A stretch of DNA of 64,000 nucleotides from Rhynchobatus australiae (Eukaryota). The stretch's first letter is position 1. The number at the start of each line of letters is the position of its first letter. The notes under the pieces are model-generated. The model had not been told where the DNA came from, searched no databases, and was given only the letters and a program-made list of their open reading frames with translations. A program made the translations under genes and the position numbers. The DNA is taken from the NCBI GenBank assembly GCA_034780895.1, contig JAUZTB010000064.1:75155143-75219142 (forward strand), given 5' to 3'. Below are positions 1 through 11,419 of this stretch, piece by piece.

Positions 1-126
1 ATTTTCTTTTATTCCTTTCCTTGGCTTGGAACCCAGAAGCCACTCACAGGATCAGCGAGCACACTATAGGCCTGGAAATCAAACCTGACGCTCATATTCT
101 GCTTTTGGAGCTTCTGCTGAGCTTCC

Positions 127-177
127 AAGGTCAGAATCGAATCTGGGTCTCTGTGGCTGTGAGACAACTGCACTACT
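127..177 (-). mobile_element. tRNA-derived SINE head fragment (HE1/V-SINE-like)
   Basis: aaggtcagaatcgaatctgggtctctgtggctgtgagacaactgcactac resembles the head of the SINE copy at 604-655. Confidence 0.5.
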
Positions 178-303
178 TCCGGGCATTCACTGCCAGTGTC
201 TCCTTGGGTGAGGTACTGGGACGATTGTGTTGCCTGTGGAACTGTACCCAGCCTTCACAAGACACAGTGGTACTGCAGGTAGTACAGTTCTCACAGCTCT
301 GGT

Positions 304-667
304 CTCACAGAGAGATAGAGCACAGAAACAGGCCTTTAGCCCATAAAGTCTGTGCTGACCACCAAGCACCCATTTGTACACTAATCGTACGTATGTACCC
401 TAGCCTATTTTATTCTTCCCACATCCCACCAGCTCTCCCCTCACCCCAGATTCTACCACTCACCGAGACACTATGGAAAATTTATAGTGGTCAATTAACC
501 CAGTAATGCGCATATTTATAGGATGTTGGAGGAAACCAGGGCACCGAGGGGAAACCCATTCAGTCTCCAGGAGAAGGTGCAAACTCTACACAGAGAGCAT
601 CGGAGGTCAGGATTGAACCCAGTTCACTGGAGCAGTGAGGCAGCAGCTCTACTAACTGCACCACTGT
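304..667 (-). mobile_element. Near full-length tRNA-derived V-SINE (HE1-like)
   Basis: Minus strand shows a tRNA-like head (agttagtagagctgctgcctcac...gggttcaatcctgacctcc), V-domain-like core (gagtttgcaccttctcc...ggtttcctccaacat) and CR1-type tail (aaggcctgtttctgtgct). Homologous to copies at 14491, 19218 and 41335. Confidence 0.85.
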
Positions 668-677
668 ACTGACTGTG

Positions 678-945
678 GGTGCTGTGTGTGTGATGTTTTC
701 ATGTTCTCCCTGGGACTGAGAGGGCTTCCCCCAGGTGCTCCCACAGCCCAAAAATGTGCAGGCTGTTAGGCAAATTTTCTACGGTAACTTAATCCTAGTG
801 TCAGTGAATGGCAGGAGAATGGGGAAGGGGAGGGATGCAGTGTTAACAGGCATGTGTGAAAGGGTGGGTTACAGGGAAATGATTGGGGAAATGGGGATTG
901 ATGAGATTGATCTGAAAGCTGGTATTGACTCCATGATCTCCAACT
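678..945 (+). mobile_element. Diverged 5'-truncated V-SINE, head-to-head with the previous copy
   Basis: ggtgctgtgtgtgtgatgttttcatgttctccctgggactgagagggcttcccccaggtgctcccacagcccaaaaatgtgcagg aligns with the V-SINE core of other copies. Confidence 0.6.
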
Positions 946-1550
946 ATGTCATAAGGAGTATGTGAGGAATAACTATTCAAAGAGAAAATCTGAGTGAGGA
1001 AATAATCAGCACGACAATGACATTTCCAGTGTAGTTGAAAGGTACAAAGCAACTTAAAGCTTCACAATGGCTGCCTCTCAGTACAAAAGTATGATGCTGT
1101 NNNNNNNNNNNNNNNNNNNNNNNNNNNNNNNNNNNNNNNNNNNNNNNNNNNNNNNNNNNNNNNNNNNNNNNNNNNNNNNNNNNNNNNNNNNNNNNNNNNN
1201 NNNNNNNNNNNNNNNNNNNNNNNNNNNNNNNNNNNNNNNNNNNNNNNNNNNNNNNNNNNNNNNNNNNNNNNNNNNNNNNNNNNNNNNNNNNNNNNNNNNN
1301 NNNNNNNNNNNNNNNNNNNNNNNNNNNNNNNNNNNNNNNNNNNNNNNNNNNNNNNNNNNNNNNNNNNNNNNNNNNNNNNNNNNNNNNNNNNNNNNNNNNN
1401 NNNNNNNNNNNNNNNNNNNNNNNNNNNNNNNNNNNNNNNNNNNNNNNNNNNNNNNNNNNNNNNNNNNNNNNNNNNNNNNNNNNNNNNNNNNNNNNNNNNN
1501 NNNNNNNNNNNNNNNNNNNNNNNNNNNNNNNNNNNNNNNNNNNNNNNNNN

Positions 1551-1694
1551 GAAACCCTGTATCAGGGCCGATGCAGAGTTTCAACCCGACAGGTGGACAA
1601 TTCCTTTCCTCCCACAGATGCCGCTCAACCGCTGAGTTCCTCCAGCAGGTTGATTGCGGCTCCAAATTCCAGCATCTGCAGTCTGTTGTGTCTC
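1551..1694 (+). mobile_element. Penelope-like element terminal fragment (family A) with short inverted 5' piece
   Basis: gaaaccctgtatcagg|gccgatgcagagtttcaacccgac...cccacagatg...gctccaaattccagcatctgcagtc. Same terminus as the GIY-YIG-bearing copy at 51713-52890. Confidence 0.75.
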
Positions 1695-2019
1695 ATTGAG
1701 ACATTGAGAGCAAAGGAAAAGCTCTGTCTTTTCCAGGTGGCTATTGGTAGGACTTGCAGACACCTGAAAGCACTGAAATCTAAATTGATTGTTAACAGGT
1801 ACATTGAGGAGTACAGAAACAAGATTATATAAAAGCTTCAACAAGAAACGAAAAATGGAGAGAATTATCCAATAAGCTGTTTGCTAGCACTAAGCAATTC
1901 CAGTATCCTCAAAGAGAAAGGGACAATGACAAGACTGTTGTATTTAAACAGTTCCTTTTGCAATGCCCCAGATAACACTTTCACCAATGAAGCAGGACAT
2001 GTTCAAATAGTGTACAGGA

Positions 2020-2425
2020 GCATCTTTTACTTCTTCTTAGGCAGTCTTACACAGGGCTTCTGTGTGCTCCTGATCCACAGACTTAAGGTTCTTAATACCA
2101 TCTACAAATGCTCCTTTGAGGTCACAGATTACCAGAAGTTAGTGGGGATGTTACTTCAAAGAGGCTTTGGAAACATGCTTGAACCTTTTCCTCTGTTTGC
2201 CTGGTAATGTCTTCCCATGACAGAGTTTAGAATAGAGGGTCTGTTTCAGGTGTTCCTGGCATTTGAGCCATGTGACCTACCCAACATTAGGGTATGTTGG
2301 CTTCAGCATTGGTGTTGGTTCACTCATCCTTCCAGTGAGTTTGGAAGATTTTGTGCAGGCAGCATTTGCAATATTGTCCCAGGGTCTTGAGCTGCCTGCT
2401 GTAGGTAGCCCAGGTCAGAGAAGGG
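2020..2425 (-). mobile_element. RTE-clade LINE, decayed 3' end
   Basis: Minus-strand translations LTWATYSRQLKTLGQYCKCCLHKIFQTHWKD and LKQTLYSKLCHGKTLPGKQRKRFKHVSKASLK match the RTE post-RT C-terminal region. Confidence 0.75.
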
Positions 2426-2439
2426 CAGGGATTACAGTT

Positions 2440-2630
2440 TTTTGTAAAATCCCACTTGATTTACTAATTCCCTTCAGAGAACAAAAACTGCCATGCTCAC
2501 CTCCAGACTCTTCCATGTGGTTAACTCTTAATTGCTGTTTAAAATGGCTCATCAAATCACTCACTTCAGCACCCAATGAGGAATGAACAACATTGCTGGT
2601 AATATCCACATTCTGAACAAATAGATAAAA
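2440..2630 (+). mobile_element. Decayed SINE/LINE 3' segment
   Basis: ctgccatgctcacctccagac...atgtggttaactcttaattgctgtttaaaatggc...atccacattctgaacaaatagataaaa. The end resembles the reverse complement of the LINE 3' end at 40833-40883. Confidence 0.5.
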
Positions 2631-3015
2631 TCGCTGCACAACAGGACAAGGTATCTACAAGATATGGGCTGTCCTCGGGCAACGAACAGGTTCCTTTTAT
2701 ACAGATGAACATGTTGATTTTGTCCACAAGTCAGAAAATACTCAAAAGATTGCTTGATATGGTAACCATACCTCCACAGCATTGTGATGAATGGCATCAA
2801 AAGACTGATTTGAAAGAACGATTTACTAAAAGTGGAGAGAGAGCAGAAACTAGTTCTGGCGTTCACTGGAATGACCATATGTCTGTACCTTGAACTTCTG
2901 AATGTAATAATATTATGGGAGCTTGCTCATACGTATAGTGATCATAAGTCAGGTGATCATAACCTGAGGACGGNNNNNNNNNNATCTGTTTCAGTTACAG
3001 AGATAAATATATGGA

Positions 3016-3362
3016 GGCTCTGCCTCTCCAATTTCTTTTCCTTCTCTCTCTGTCTCCATCCATCTATCAATCACCTGCCACTGTCTCCCAACTCCACCCC
3101 TCTCCCCTCCCCTACCTGGCACAAACTTGCCTGTCATCTTACACCCCTCATCAGTCCACCAATCATCTCAGACTCCAGTCTCACTACTCCCCTTCCTCTC
3201 TTTGAACTGTCCGCCTCGCCTCTCCACGCTCAGTCCTGATGCAGGATTTCGACCCGAAACATCAACAATTCCTTTCCTCCCACAGATGCTGCTCAACCTG
3301 CTGAGATCCCCCAGCACATTGTTTGTTGCTCCAGATTCCAGCATCTGCAGTCTCTTGTGCCG
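3016..3362 (+). mobile_element. Penelope-like element 3' region (family A) with hammerhead-like motif at 3233-3266
   Basis: Pyrimidine-rich tract followed by cagtcctgatgcaggatttcgacccgaaacatc...gctccagattccagcatctgcagtctcttgtg. Colinear with 52450-52890. Confidence 0.8.
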
Positions 3363-3374
3363 ACAGAGCTAAAT

Positions 3375-3717
3375 GATGGCTCTTCTCTAAAATAGTGCAT
3401 TCGGATATTTTACGGAGAGAGAGCATACAANNNNNNNNNNNNNNNNNNNNNNNNNNNNNNNNNNNNNNNNNNNNNNNNNNNNNNNNNNNNNNNNNNNNNN
3501 NNNNNNNNNNNNNNNNNNNNNNNNNNNNNNACGGAGAGAGAGCATACAAAGGCTCAGTTTAATACCTCAGCTAAAACACTCCACCTTGAATCGTGCAGCA
3601 CTCCTGCAGCACTTCACTGAAATGCCAGTCTGGGATTTTTGTTCTCGAGTCTTAAAGAGGGATTTAAGCCCAAAAACCTCGTGATTCAGGGACAAGTGCA
3701 CTATCTGCCCAGCTACA
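3375..3717 (-). mobile_element. Deu-domain SINE (SacSINE1/AmnSINE1-like), decayed
   Basis: ggctcagtttaatacctcagctaaaa...gtgcagcactcctgcagcacttcactgaaatgccagtctgg...gatttaagcccaaaaacctcgtgattcag parallels 24560-24715. Confidence 0.6.
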
Positions 3718-4772
3718 ACTGGCACTTACTGAAATTCCATTTCAATAAGATGTATCGCTTCTGTTTGACAAGTAAAACACTCTCAAATTACCCAATAATT
3801 GTATGCTATTACAGCAGCTGATGTTATGTTTCACTAGGGTACTTTATTGACAATTTGTAAATCCATCTATAAAGTGTGCAGAGCTCATTCGGCCATGACT
3901 TTAGATGAAGAGCTGGCAGGATTAAGTACAGCTCAGATAAAATCAGTTTTGGGTTCAATGGCTCCGCTTGGATTAATGTATTAAACCTGCTCACACACAT
4001 TAACAAGTGAAGTGCCAAATAATTCAAAGATAATTAATGTTTCCTACCTGCACAATCAGATTCTAGGTTAGCTTTCTGTCTTACACGCCACATTGAAAAC
4101 AATACTGTAAGCTCAGGAGACTGCATTTTTATTGGATATGAGCAAAATTTGCCTTTCCCAGATACATCGAAACAAATGCATTAGAAACTCAAAGTCAGGT
4201 GCCAGCTACACAGCAAGATCCATTTGACCAAGTATTGGGCTCAGAGCAGTCTTGCTTATGGATGATGGTGTGATAGGCCTCTGCAGTGTTGAAAGATCTG
4301 CATTCACTGCACAGCCCATTACTTAATTATAAGTTGACCCCAGGAACACAAATAGGACTGCGGACTCTTTTAGCTTTCACCAAAAAGCGACAGTTTGAAT
4401 TTTTTAATGAAGTAAGTAAGTTGGAAAGAGTAGGCTGGAAGTTCTATCCTCGAGCACTTTTTGTTGAATAATATAGATTGGGTATTATGATCAATACTTA
4501 TAAAATTGCATTGCATCCTCTTTATTGATAATGTACTTACCCAGAGGCCACTCCACGAGGGCACACTTGTTGCTACAGCTGCAATGTTCAGCACACATAT
4601 GCTGTGATAACATTCCACTGGCTTTAAATGGAAAAGTAGGCCTTAACAAGGGTAGAAGGACTGCTCGATTGCAGGTTTCAAGGAGCAGCCCTGACCTGAG
4701 CAAGGGAATCATCCACTGGTGACAAACATGGAATTTCCTTCCATGGACCGTGACGCCAAAGTTGCCGATAAG

Positions 4773-5353
4773 GCAAAGAGGTCCGGAAAAGGACGCAAAG
4801 GTCATCGTCCAGGTTTGTCCCAAACACTGCGTAACAGAAGACTCTCTGATCTATGAGCTGTTCTCAGGGACGTATATCAAGACATACATCAAGTGCTGCT
4901 GAAAGATCATCAGCTTGGTGAAACATATACCTTGGTCTGCCCAAAACTTGTTGGCCTTCCTGTACAAAGAGATTCCATAAGGGAATGCGGCCAACTGGCA
5001 CATTCCAGGCTGCATCAGTACTTACTGAGGGATACACTGAAACTTGGTGCTGTTAACGCAAAGGCTCTGTGGGGAAGGGCTGCTGTCTACGGTTCTGCTG
5101 CCACTAGACACTGAGGGCCTAGTTCCTGGGGAGAGCCTCTCAAACACTCAAGGTGTGTATTGCCCAAGGAGGCCACATACAGTAAGCAGCAATGAGGTCT
5201 TGTGTACAGAATGTGCTAATACTACAAACGTTTAGCTCTGGTAACAAAATGAACATACAGACTGGACGACACTCTTAATGTAAAGAAAGATACATACTAT
5301 TTTGGTATTTATATTTTTTATGGATAAAGTATGTTATTGAAATAATAAAAAAA
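4773..5353 (+). mobile_element. Tx1-clade (L1 superfamily) LINE 3' end with 3'UTR and A-rich tail
   Basis: Broken frames VTEDSLIYELFSGT..IKCC*KIISLVKHIPWSAQNLLAF and RECGQLAHSRLHQYLLRDTLKLGAVNAKALWGRAAV resemble the Tx1 ORF2 C-terminus. Ends in aataataaaaaaa. Confidence 0.75.
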
Positions 5354-5799
5354 TAGTTGTAGATAAGGCCTACTTTCTTTGGAGGGATGAGGACTATTCT
5401 CACGATTGCCTCATGTTCATCTCCAACATCAGAATATTCAATCAATTGAGCTCGATCCAATGTCCACCACAGCACTTGCAACGAAAGGCAATCCAAATCA
5501 GATCTATTCCTTGCATATCAAAAACACAAGAAATGGCTTGCCCATCACTATCAAGGAGCTGAAGCCTGAGTGATTCCGCCTTGCCATTGGTCAAATGTAA
5601 AGTGGCCTTCCAATCCTATCTTCATCTGCCTGAATCCCCATTCTTCATGTTTCTGGGGTCTCCTGAAACATTGTATAATCTTCTATTGCATGTACTTATG
5701 GAGGGTCAATTGCCTAGTCATTCATTGACAACCTCAGCTGGATCTGAGGCCACAATAATCCCCCAAGCAGATATTCATCCCCTAGCTCTGCAACCTTTA

Positions 5800-5980
5800 C
5801 TTCATCTCTACTCCTTCTGCTCACCCACCCATCCCTCCACCCAAACTCCATATCTCCTTCTCTTCACCAAATCCCTCCCTCCTCTCTCTAATGACCTTCC
5901 CATTTCCAGCCAGCCATTCCAACCCCATTGTCTTCCTCTTTCTACTGATCCTCTCCTCTCCCTCCTCAATCCGCCAAAAG

Positions 5981-6014
<34 letters not shown>

Positions 6015-6095
6015 ACCCTCCCAGCTCTATCTCTTCCTCTTCCCATTTACTTCCACCCCCTCCTGGGCCTCTTATCCATCCCTCTTCCCTCTAGC
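5800..6095. repeat. Pyrimidine-rich low-complexity tract including (CT)n microsatellite at 5984-6012
   Basis: Direct reading. Confidence 0.9.
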
Positions 6096-7180
6096 ACTGA
6101 GAAGAGTGTATTTGACTGTTTGGAATGCCTCAAAAGGTTGCTTGGCTCCACATATAATTGGTGGACCAGAAACAGATCAATATTACATTTCCTCCAGAAG
6201 TACTAGACTGCATAGTCATAATTCCTTCAGGGTTGTCATAAATAAAACCCCTGAATGTTATTGTAAGCATTCTATCATGCTCTGCATTATTTATGCATCT
6301 GGTTGTATAATTATGAAAATATTTAGAAATTTCTTCAGTATGTTTGGATTGGCACGATTGCTAGCTTTATTTGGGCTCTTTTTATTCACTAGCCACTAAT
6401 TGGACAGATATCTGCCAACTATTTCTAATTCCACTTTTCAGAGCATTCTGAACTTTTACCCTAATTTCAGTTTCTGATCTGCACAGTTTAAATGTNNNNN
6501 NNNNNNNNNNNNNNNNNNNNNNNNNNNNNNNNNNNNNNNNCCCCTACACTTAATGAGATATGTCTAGCATAACCATCAAGTCAAGTAACTAAAACAAAAA
6601 CATGAAATTGGAATCCATCTAAGAAATCATGTCTGGTTTACTCCCTTTATCATTATAACCCAACTCTGCTTTTCACACAAATAGCTACTTCCTGGACACT
6701 CACATGCTGACTTGTGTAAGTATCTCATGAGATGCATTAAAGTATTTGTGCCCTTTCTCCATTGAAGTCCCACCCACCAGGAAATTGGACTTGGCAGTTT
6801 TTGTCATGATTCACCCTAACAGCGATCTTACTTCACAGTTGTGTTTTCTGCACATGATGACATCATTAGCAAGTGTGGCACCCAATAATTACTCGTCGAA
6901 AGGAATTTAATCCGGAGGTTGTGAATGTACAACCTTCGTTATTAACTCACGGTTCAACAAGAAGTACGTCATGTTGAAACGCATGAACTTTGCTGGTTTA
7001 AAGTGAAAGAAAAACAGGTGAAAATGTGTTCTTTCCAATCCACTTTTTAGACTAAGGTCATTAACCCAAGCCTGTATTTATAGTAACTGTGTTGTTACAA
7101 GGTTTATTTATAAGATTGGTTCACACCAGAGGAAAATCCATATGCAGGTTGATATTCTTAAGTATATGCCAGATTTAAAA

Positions 7181-7366
7181 TAGAACATATAACATAGAAC
7201 AGTACAGCACTGGACAGGCTATTCAGCTCATGGGGTTACACTGACCCTGATGACAATTTATACTAAATGTCCTTCTCCAGTGTATTATCCACATCCTTCC
7301 ATTCCCTTCAAATTCATGCGTCTATCTAAAAGCCTCTTTAACTCCACTAAACTGCCTGCTTCCACT
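7181..7366 (-). mobile_element. CR1 LINE 3' tail
   Basis: tagaacatataacatagaacagtacagcac...ctatctaaaagcctctttaactccactaaactgcctgcttccact, same family as 8303-8480. Confidence 0.8.
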
Positions 7367-7689
7367 NNNNNNNNNNNNNNNNNNNNNNNNNNNNNNNNNN
7401 NNNNNNNNNNNNNNNNNNNNNNNNNNNNNNNNNNNNNNNNNNNNNNNNNNNNNNNNNNNNNNNNNNTAGAGTTGTCAACTCTTGAGCAGTCCTGATTTCA
7501 CTGTTCCTCTTAGGATATCCAGTTTTTGTGTGAGGACTCCACCTCAGAGCCCTGAGGCAAGATTCCTTCTGGTTCTGAGGAAGTATCCTGACTCCAGTCT
7601 TGTACGAGTGTGCTGCATTTGGGTTCTCTGTGAGCTTGCTCTTTGCTCAATGTTGTGACACAGGATGGACTCACTTTGGAGTTTAGTAC

Positions 7690-7965
7690 TATGAAAGATA
7701 ATCTCACTGAAGCATATAATTCCCTCAGAGGATTTGATGGGACAGATATTGAGAGGCTGCTTCTCTTGACTGGAGAGTTGCCAGTTCCCAGAAAAAAGTT
7801 TCTTTTAGCTCCAAGGTGAGGAGAAATTTCCTGACTCGGATGGTTATGTAGATTTCTACCTCAGAGAGCTATAGATGCTCAGATATTAAATATATTCAAG
7901 ACGAAGTAGATACATTTTTGGACAAGGTTTAAGGGAGAAAGGTGGCAAAGCAGAGTTGATATCAA
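7690..7965 (+). mobile_element. CR1 LINE 3' fragment, decayed
   Basis: gataatctcactgaagcatataattccctcagaggatttgatggg...gaggagaaatttc...atattcaagacgaagtagatacatttttgga, similar to 54420-54670. Confidence 0.7.
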
Positions 7966-8116
7966 AGCGTTAGAGCTTGTTTCTCAGTTTTATGAAATGG
8001 AGCAAGTTAAAGAACAGTGTTCAGTATGAATACAATAACATGATTTCCCTTGAGCTGGAGATCATTCTGAGGTCAGTGAGAGCATTCATTTATATTGTTT
8101 ACGATTCTGAAGAAAT

Positions 8117-8295
8117 AGAGTCACAAAAGTCATAGATCAGAGTCGTAGAGATGTGCAGCATGGAAACAGGCCTTTCAGCCCGACATCCATGCCCACTGAG
8201 ATGCCTATCTTTGCTAATCCCATTTTCCTGCATTTGGCCCATTTCCTGCTTTTCTTTTCCTTTCCATGTACCTGTCTAAATACTTCTAAATGCTA
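8117..8295 (-). mobile_element. CR1 (HER1-like) LINE 3' tail
   Basis: agtcatagatcagagtcgtagagatgtgcagcatggaaacaggcctttcagccc...catgtacctgtctaaatacttctaaa. The terminal part is shared with the V-SINE tails. Confidence 0.7.
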
Positions 8296-8302
8296 TAATT
8301 TT

Positions 8303-9589
8303 AGAACATAGAACTGGACAGGCCATTTGGCCCATGATGTCATGCTGATATTGATGCTAATCTCTACTAAATGTCCTCCTCCTGTGTATCATCAATATTC
8401 CTCATTTCCTTCATATTCATGTGTCGACCTAAAAGCCTCCGAAACTCCACCAAACTGCCTGCTTCCACTACTACCCCTGGTAACCTATTCCAGGCATCTA
8501 CCACTCTCTGTGTTTAAAAAAAACAACAACTTGCCTTTCATCTCACCTTTATATATCCCCGCTCTAACCTTAAAAGCATGTCCTCTGGCGTTGGACATTT
8601 CTACCCTGGAGAAAAGATTCTGACTGTCTACCCTATCTATGCCCCTCATAATTTTATATACCTCAGTCAGGTCTCCCTTCAGCCTTTGATGCTCTAGGAA
8701 GAGCAACCCAAGTTTGCTTACCTCTCCTTGTAGCTCATACCCTCTAATCCAGGCACTATCCTGGTAAACCTCTTCTACACCCTCTCCACAGTCTCCACAT
8801 CGTTCCTATAATGTAGTGACCAGAACTTCACACAATACTCCAAGTGAGGTCTGACTAAAGTTTTCAATGACTGAAGCATGACTTCCTTACTCTTATACTC
8901 AACACCCCAGCAATGAAGGCAAGCATGCCAAACGCTGCCTTTACCACCTTATCACTTGAATAGCCACTTTCAGTGAACTATGGACCTGGACCCCAAGATC
9001 CCCCCCATACCTCAATGCTATTAAAAGGCCCACCATTAACTGTATACTTCCTCCTTTCATTTAACCTCCCAAAATGCAACACTTCGCTCTTGCCCAGATT
9101 AAGTTCCATCTGCCACTTCTCTGCCCATATCTGTAACTGATCTATATCCTGCTGTATTCTTTGATAGTCCTTTATACTGTCCACAACTCCACTAATCTTG
9201 ATGTCATTCGCAAACTTGCTAAACCACCCATCTACATTTTCATCCAAATCATTGATATATATCACAAACAACAGATGACTCAGCACCAATCCTTGTGGTG
9301 GGTCACAGATCTCCAGCCAGAATAACAGCCTTCCACCCCTACTCTCTGTCTTTCATGGGCAAGCCAGTTCCGAGTCCAAACTTGCAATTCACACTGGATC
9401 CCATGCATCTTAGTCTTCTGAACTAACCTACCATGAGGAATCTTATCAAATGCCTTACTAAAGTTCATGTGGATAACGTCCACTGCCCTACTCTGATCAA
9501 GCACCTTTGTCACACTCTCAAAAAACTCAATCAAGTTTGTAAGGCATGACCTGCACCACACAAAGCCATGCTGACTGTCCCTAATAACA
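8303..9589 (-). mobile_element. CR1 LINE, 5'-truncated, with frameshifted reverse transcriptase
   Basis: ORFs 9280..9657, 8978..9289 and 8485..8706 give IRDSQHGFV..RSCLTNLIEFFE, MNFSKAFDKIPHGRL, LLFVIYINDLD..SKFANDIKI, QIWAEKWQMELNLGKSEVLHFG and RLKGDLTEVYKIMRG. Confidence 0.95.
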
Positions 9590-10761
9590 GACAGAAAGTA
9601 ATATCCAGGGTGGAAGAGAAGGTGGGGTGGTGAAGGGAATGCATGCTTCAGTAACACCTTATGTGAATTCCAGGCGGTGAAGTTGGAGATGGGTGTGCAA
9701 ATTCATGAATGTTTCCTCTTATGTGAGAACCTTTAAGTTTCCCCCTGCAGTAATAGAGCAGGAACCCCCAATATTTTCTGCTGGTGCAATATGAAGGTAG
9801 GATGCCCACCTCAGAGACAATTTGGGTTTGGACTGATAACATCTGCAGAATAACAAAATATGTGCAAATTAGTTGGCATGTTCACAGCTTGAATTACGAC
9901 TGTGTAAAACACTAAGAAACCCAACTGCAATCCCATTAGGAAACAATTTGTTATAAGCACAACACATGCAAAGTAGCCTTTTACCCACAAAAATGAAGGA
10001 AAAAAATGGGCCTCAGATGCTGATTGGAAAATGTACTTCCAGGGAGAAAAATAGTTGGTATCCTCTACAGTCATGTAGATAGCAGACCAAGAGTAAAGCT
10101 TCTTCAAATATCTTAAAACTACTAATGAGCTTTTCCAGAAAACTAAATTGCCAAGAAGTCCCTTTAGAGTACCACAATTTAGCTTACAGCAGTTCTCGTG
10201 AACTATCAGCTAACAATGATCATAGTGTTAACTGAGAGAAACAGATACCTGCATGGAGTATCAAGGGAACAACTAAGTTCTAACTGCAATGCTCAAGCTA
10301 CAATTTACAGGAAAATGATAGAACATAAATAGCCATCAGATGGAAATTGTTCAGTGACTGTGGGTCTTTATTAAAAGGAATAGAACAGGCAGATTATTAG
10401 CTTGTAAGCCTAGACCTTGTTAAAGAACATCCAGTGTAGGGGCAGCATGTTAAATGTAATGCAAGTGAATTCTGTAGTTTTACAAAGTGAATGCATCAAA
10501 TAAAGTGACAATTCAGATTGTTTCTTATACTCAACTCAAGAAAAAGGCTCAACGTCAGCTTTGGCATTTCCTATGGACCATGAGCTTGGCCTCCCATGAG
10601 TATCCAGCTTCTGCCTGCTTGTCTGCTTCACAGACCGCCAGGATTTAAGACCCTTGTGGATACTTGATGTGGTCAGCTTGAGAGCCTCTGGCAGCAGCAC
10701 ACAACTTGGATTGACTAGTACTGGGGTTTACCTGAATGGCAAATCAAAACACATCTTGAAA

Positions 10762-11134
10762 GAGATTCAAGAGATTGCAGATGCTGGAATATGGAGCAAC
10801 AAACAGTCTGCTGGAGGAACTCAGTGGGTCAAGCAGCATCTGTTGGGGGAAAAGAAACTGCTGACGTTTCAGGTCAAAACCCTGCACCAGGGGTCCTGAN
10901 NNNNNNNNNNNNNNNNNNNNNNNNNNNNNNNNNNNNNNNNNNNNNNNNNNNNNNNNNNNNNNNNNNNNNNNNNNNNNNNNNNNNNNNNNNNNNNNNNNNC
11001 TGCTGACGTTTCAGGTCAAAACCCTGCACCAGGGGTCCTGATGCAGGGTTTCAACCCGAAATGTCGACAATTCCAACACCACCCCCCCCACCCACAGATG
11101 CTGCTCGACCTGTTGAGTTCCTCCAGCAGACTGT
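10762..11134. mobile_element. Penelope-like terminal repeats (family A) as an inverted pair centred near 11033
   Basis: Minus arm gagattgcagatgctggaat...ctgacgtttcaggtcaaaaccctgcaccagg abuts plus arm cctgatgcagggtttcaacccgaaatgtcgac...gagttcctccagcag. The centre is duplicated across a 100-N gap. Confidence 0.8.
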
Positions 11135-11419
11135 CATTGGTTGTTGCTCTTGGATTAGTCACTTGTCACTTTACAACTGTTTCTGTCACCTCTATTCAAC
11201 TACTTTGTTGAGGAAAAGTTCTGGTAACTCTATTTTGTTCTCAGGGTAAAGTAACCATAGCTACACTTAACCATGATATAATATTTTCTGTCTTTTTTTC
11301 TCTGTTATTTGCATAAATGCTTAAAGCTGCTGTAAATATACGTGATTTTTAAGCTGTTTTTGGGGGTAAGGTGGAAGAGTTCCCTCCAACTCTTAAGACC
11401 AGATGAAGCATTCAGTCTG

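Noticed and set aside
1067-1699. Long ORFs containing X runs (also near 14.9 kb and 28 kb)
   Set aside because: Open only because they span N gaps
2705-2893. Acceptor-like site followed by a 62-aa ORF
   Set aside because: Weak donor, unrecognised peptide, wedged between repeats
3412-3549. Direct repeat acggagagagagcatacaa flanking a gap
   Set aside because: Overlap on both sides of an exactly 100-N gap; typical unmerged contig ends
5581-6399. Longest ORF (272 aa)
   Set aside because: Open mainly because it crosses a pyrimidine-rich/(CT)n tract that lacks stops; no domain recognised
10859-11041. Duplicated centre of the inverted PLE pair
   Set aside because: Identical sequence on both sides of a 100-N gap; assembly artefact, not a third copy
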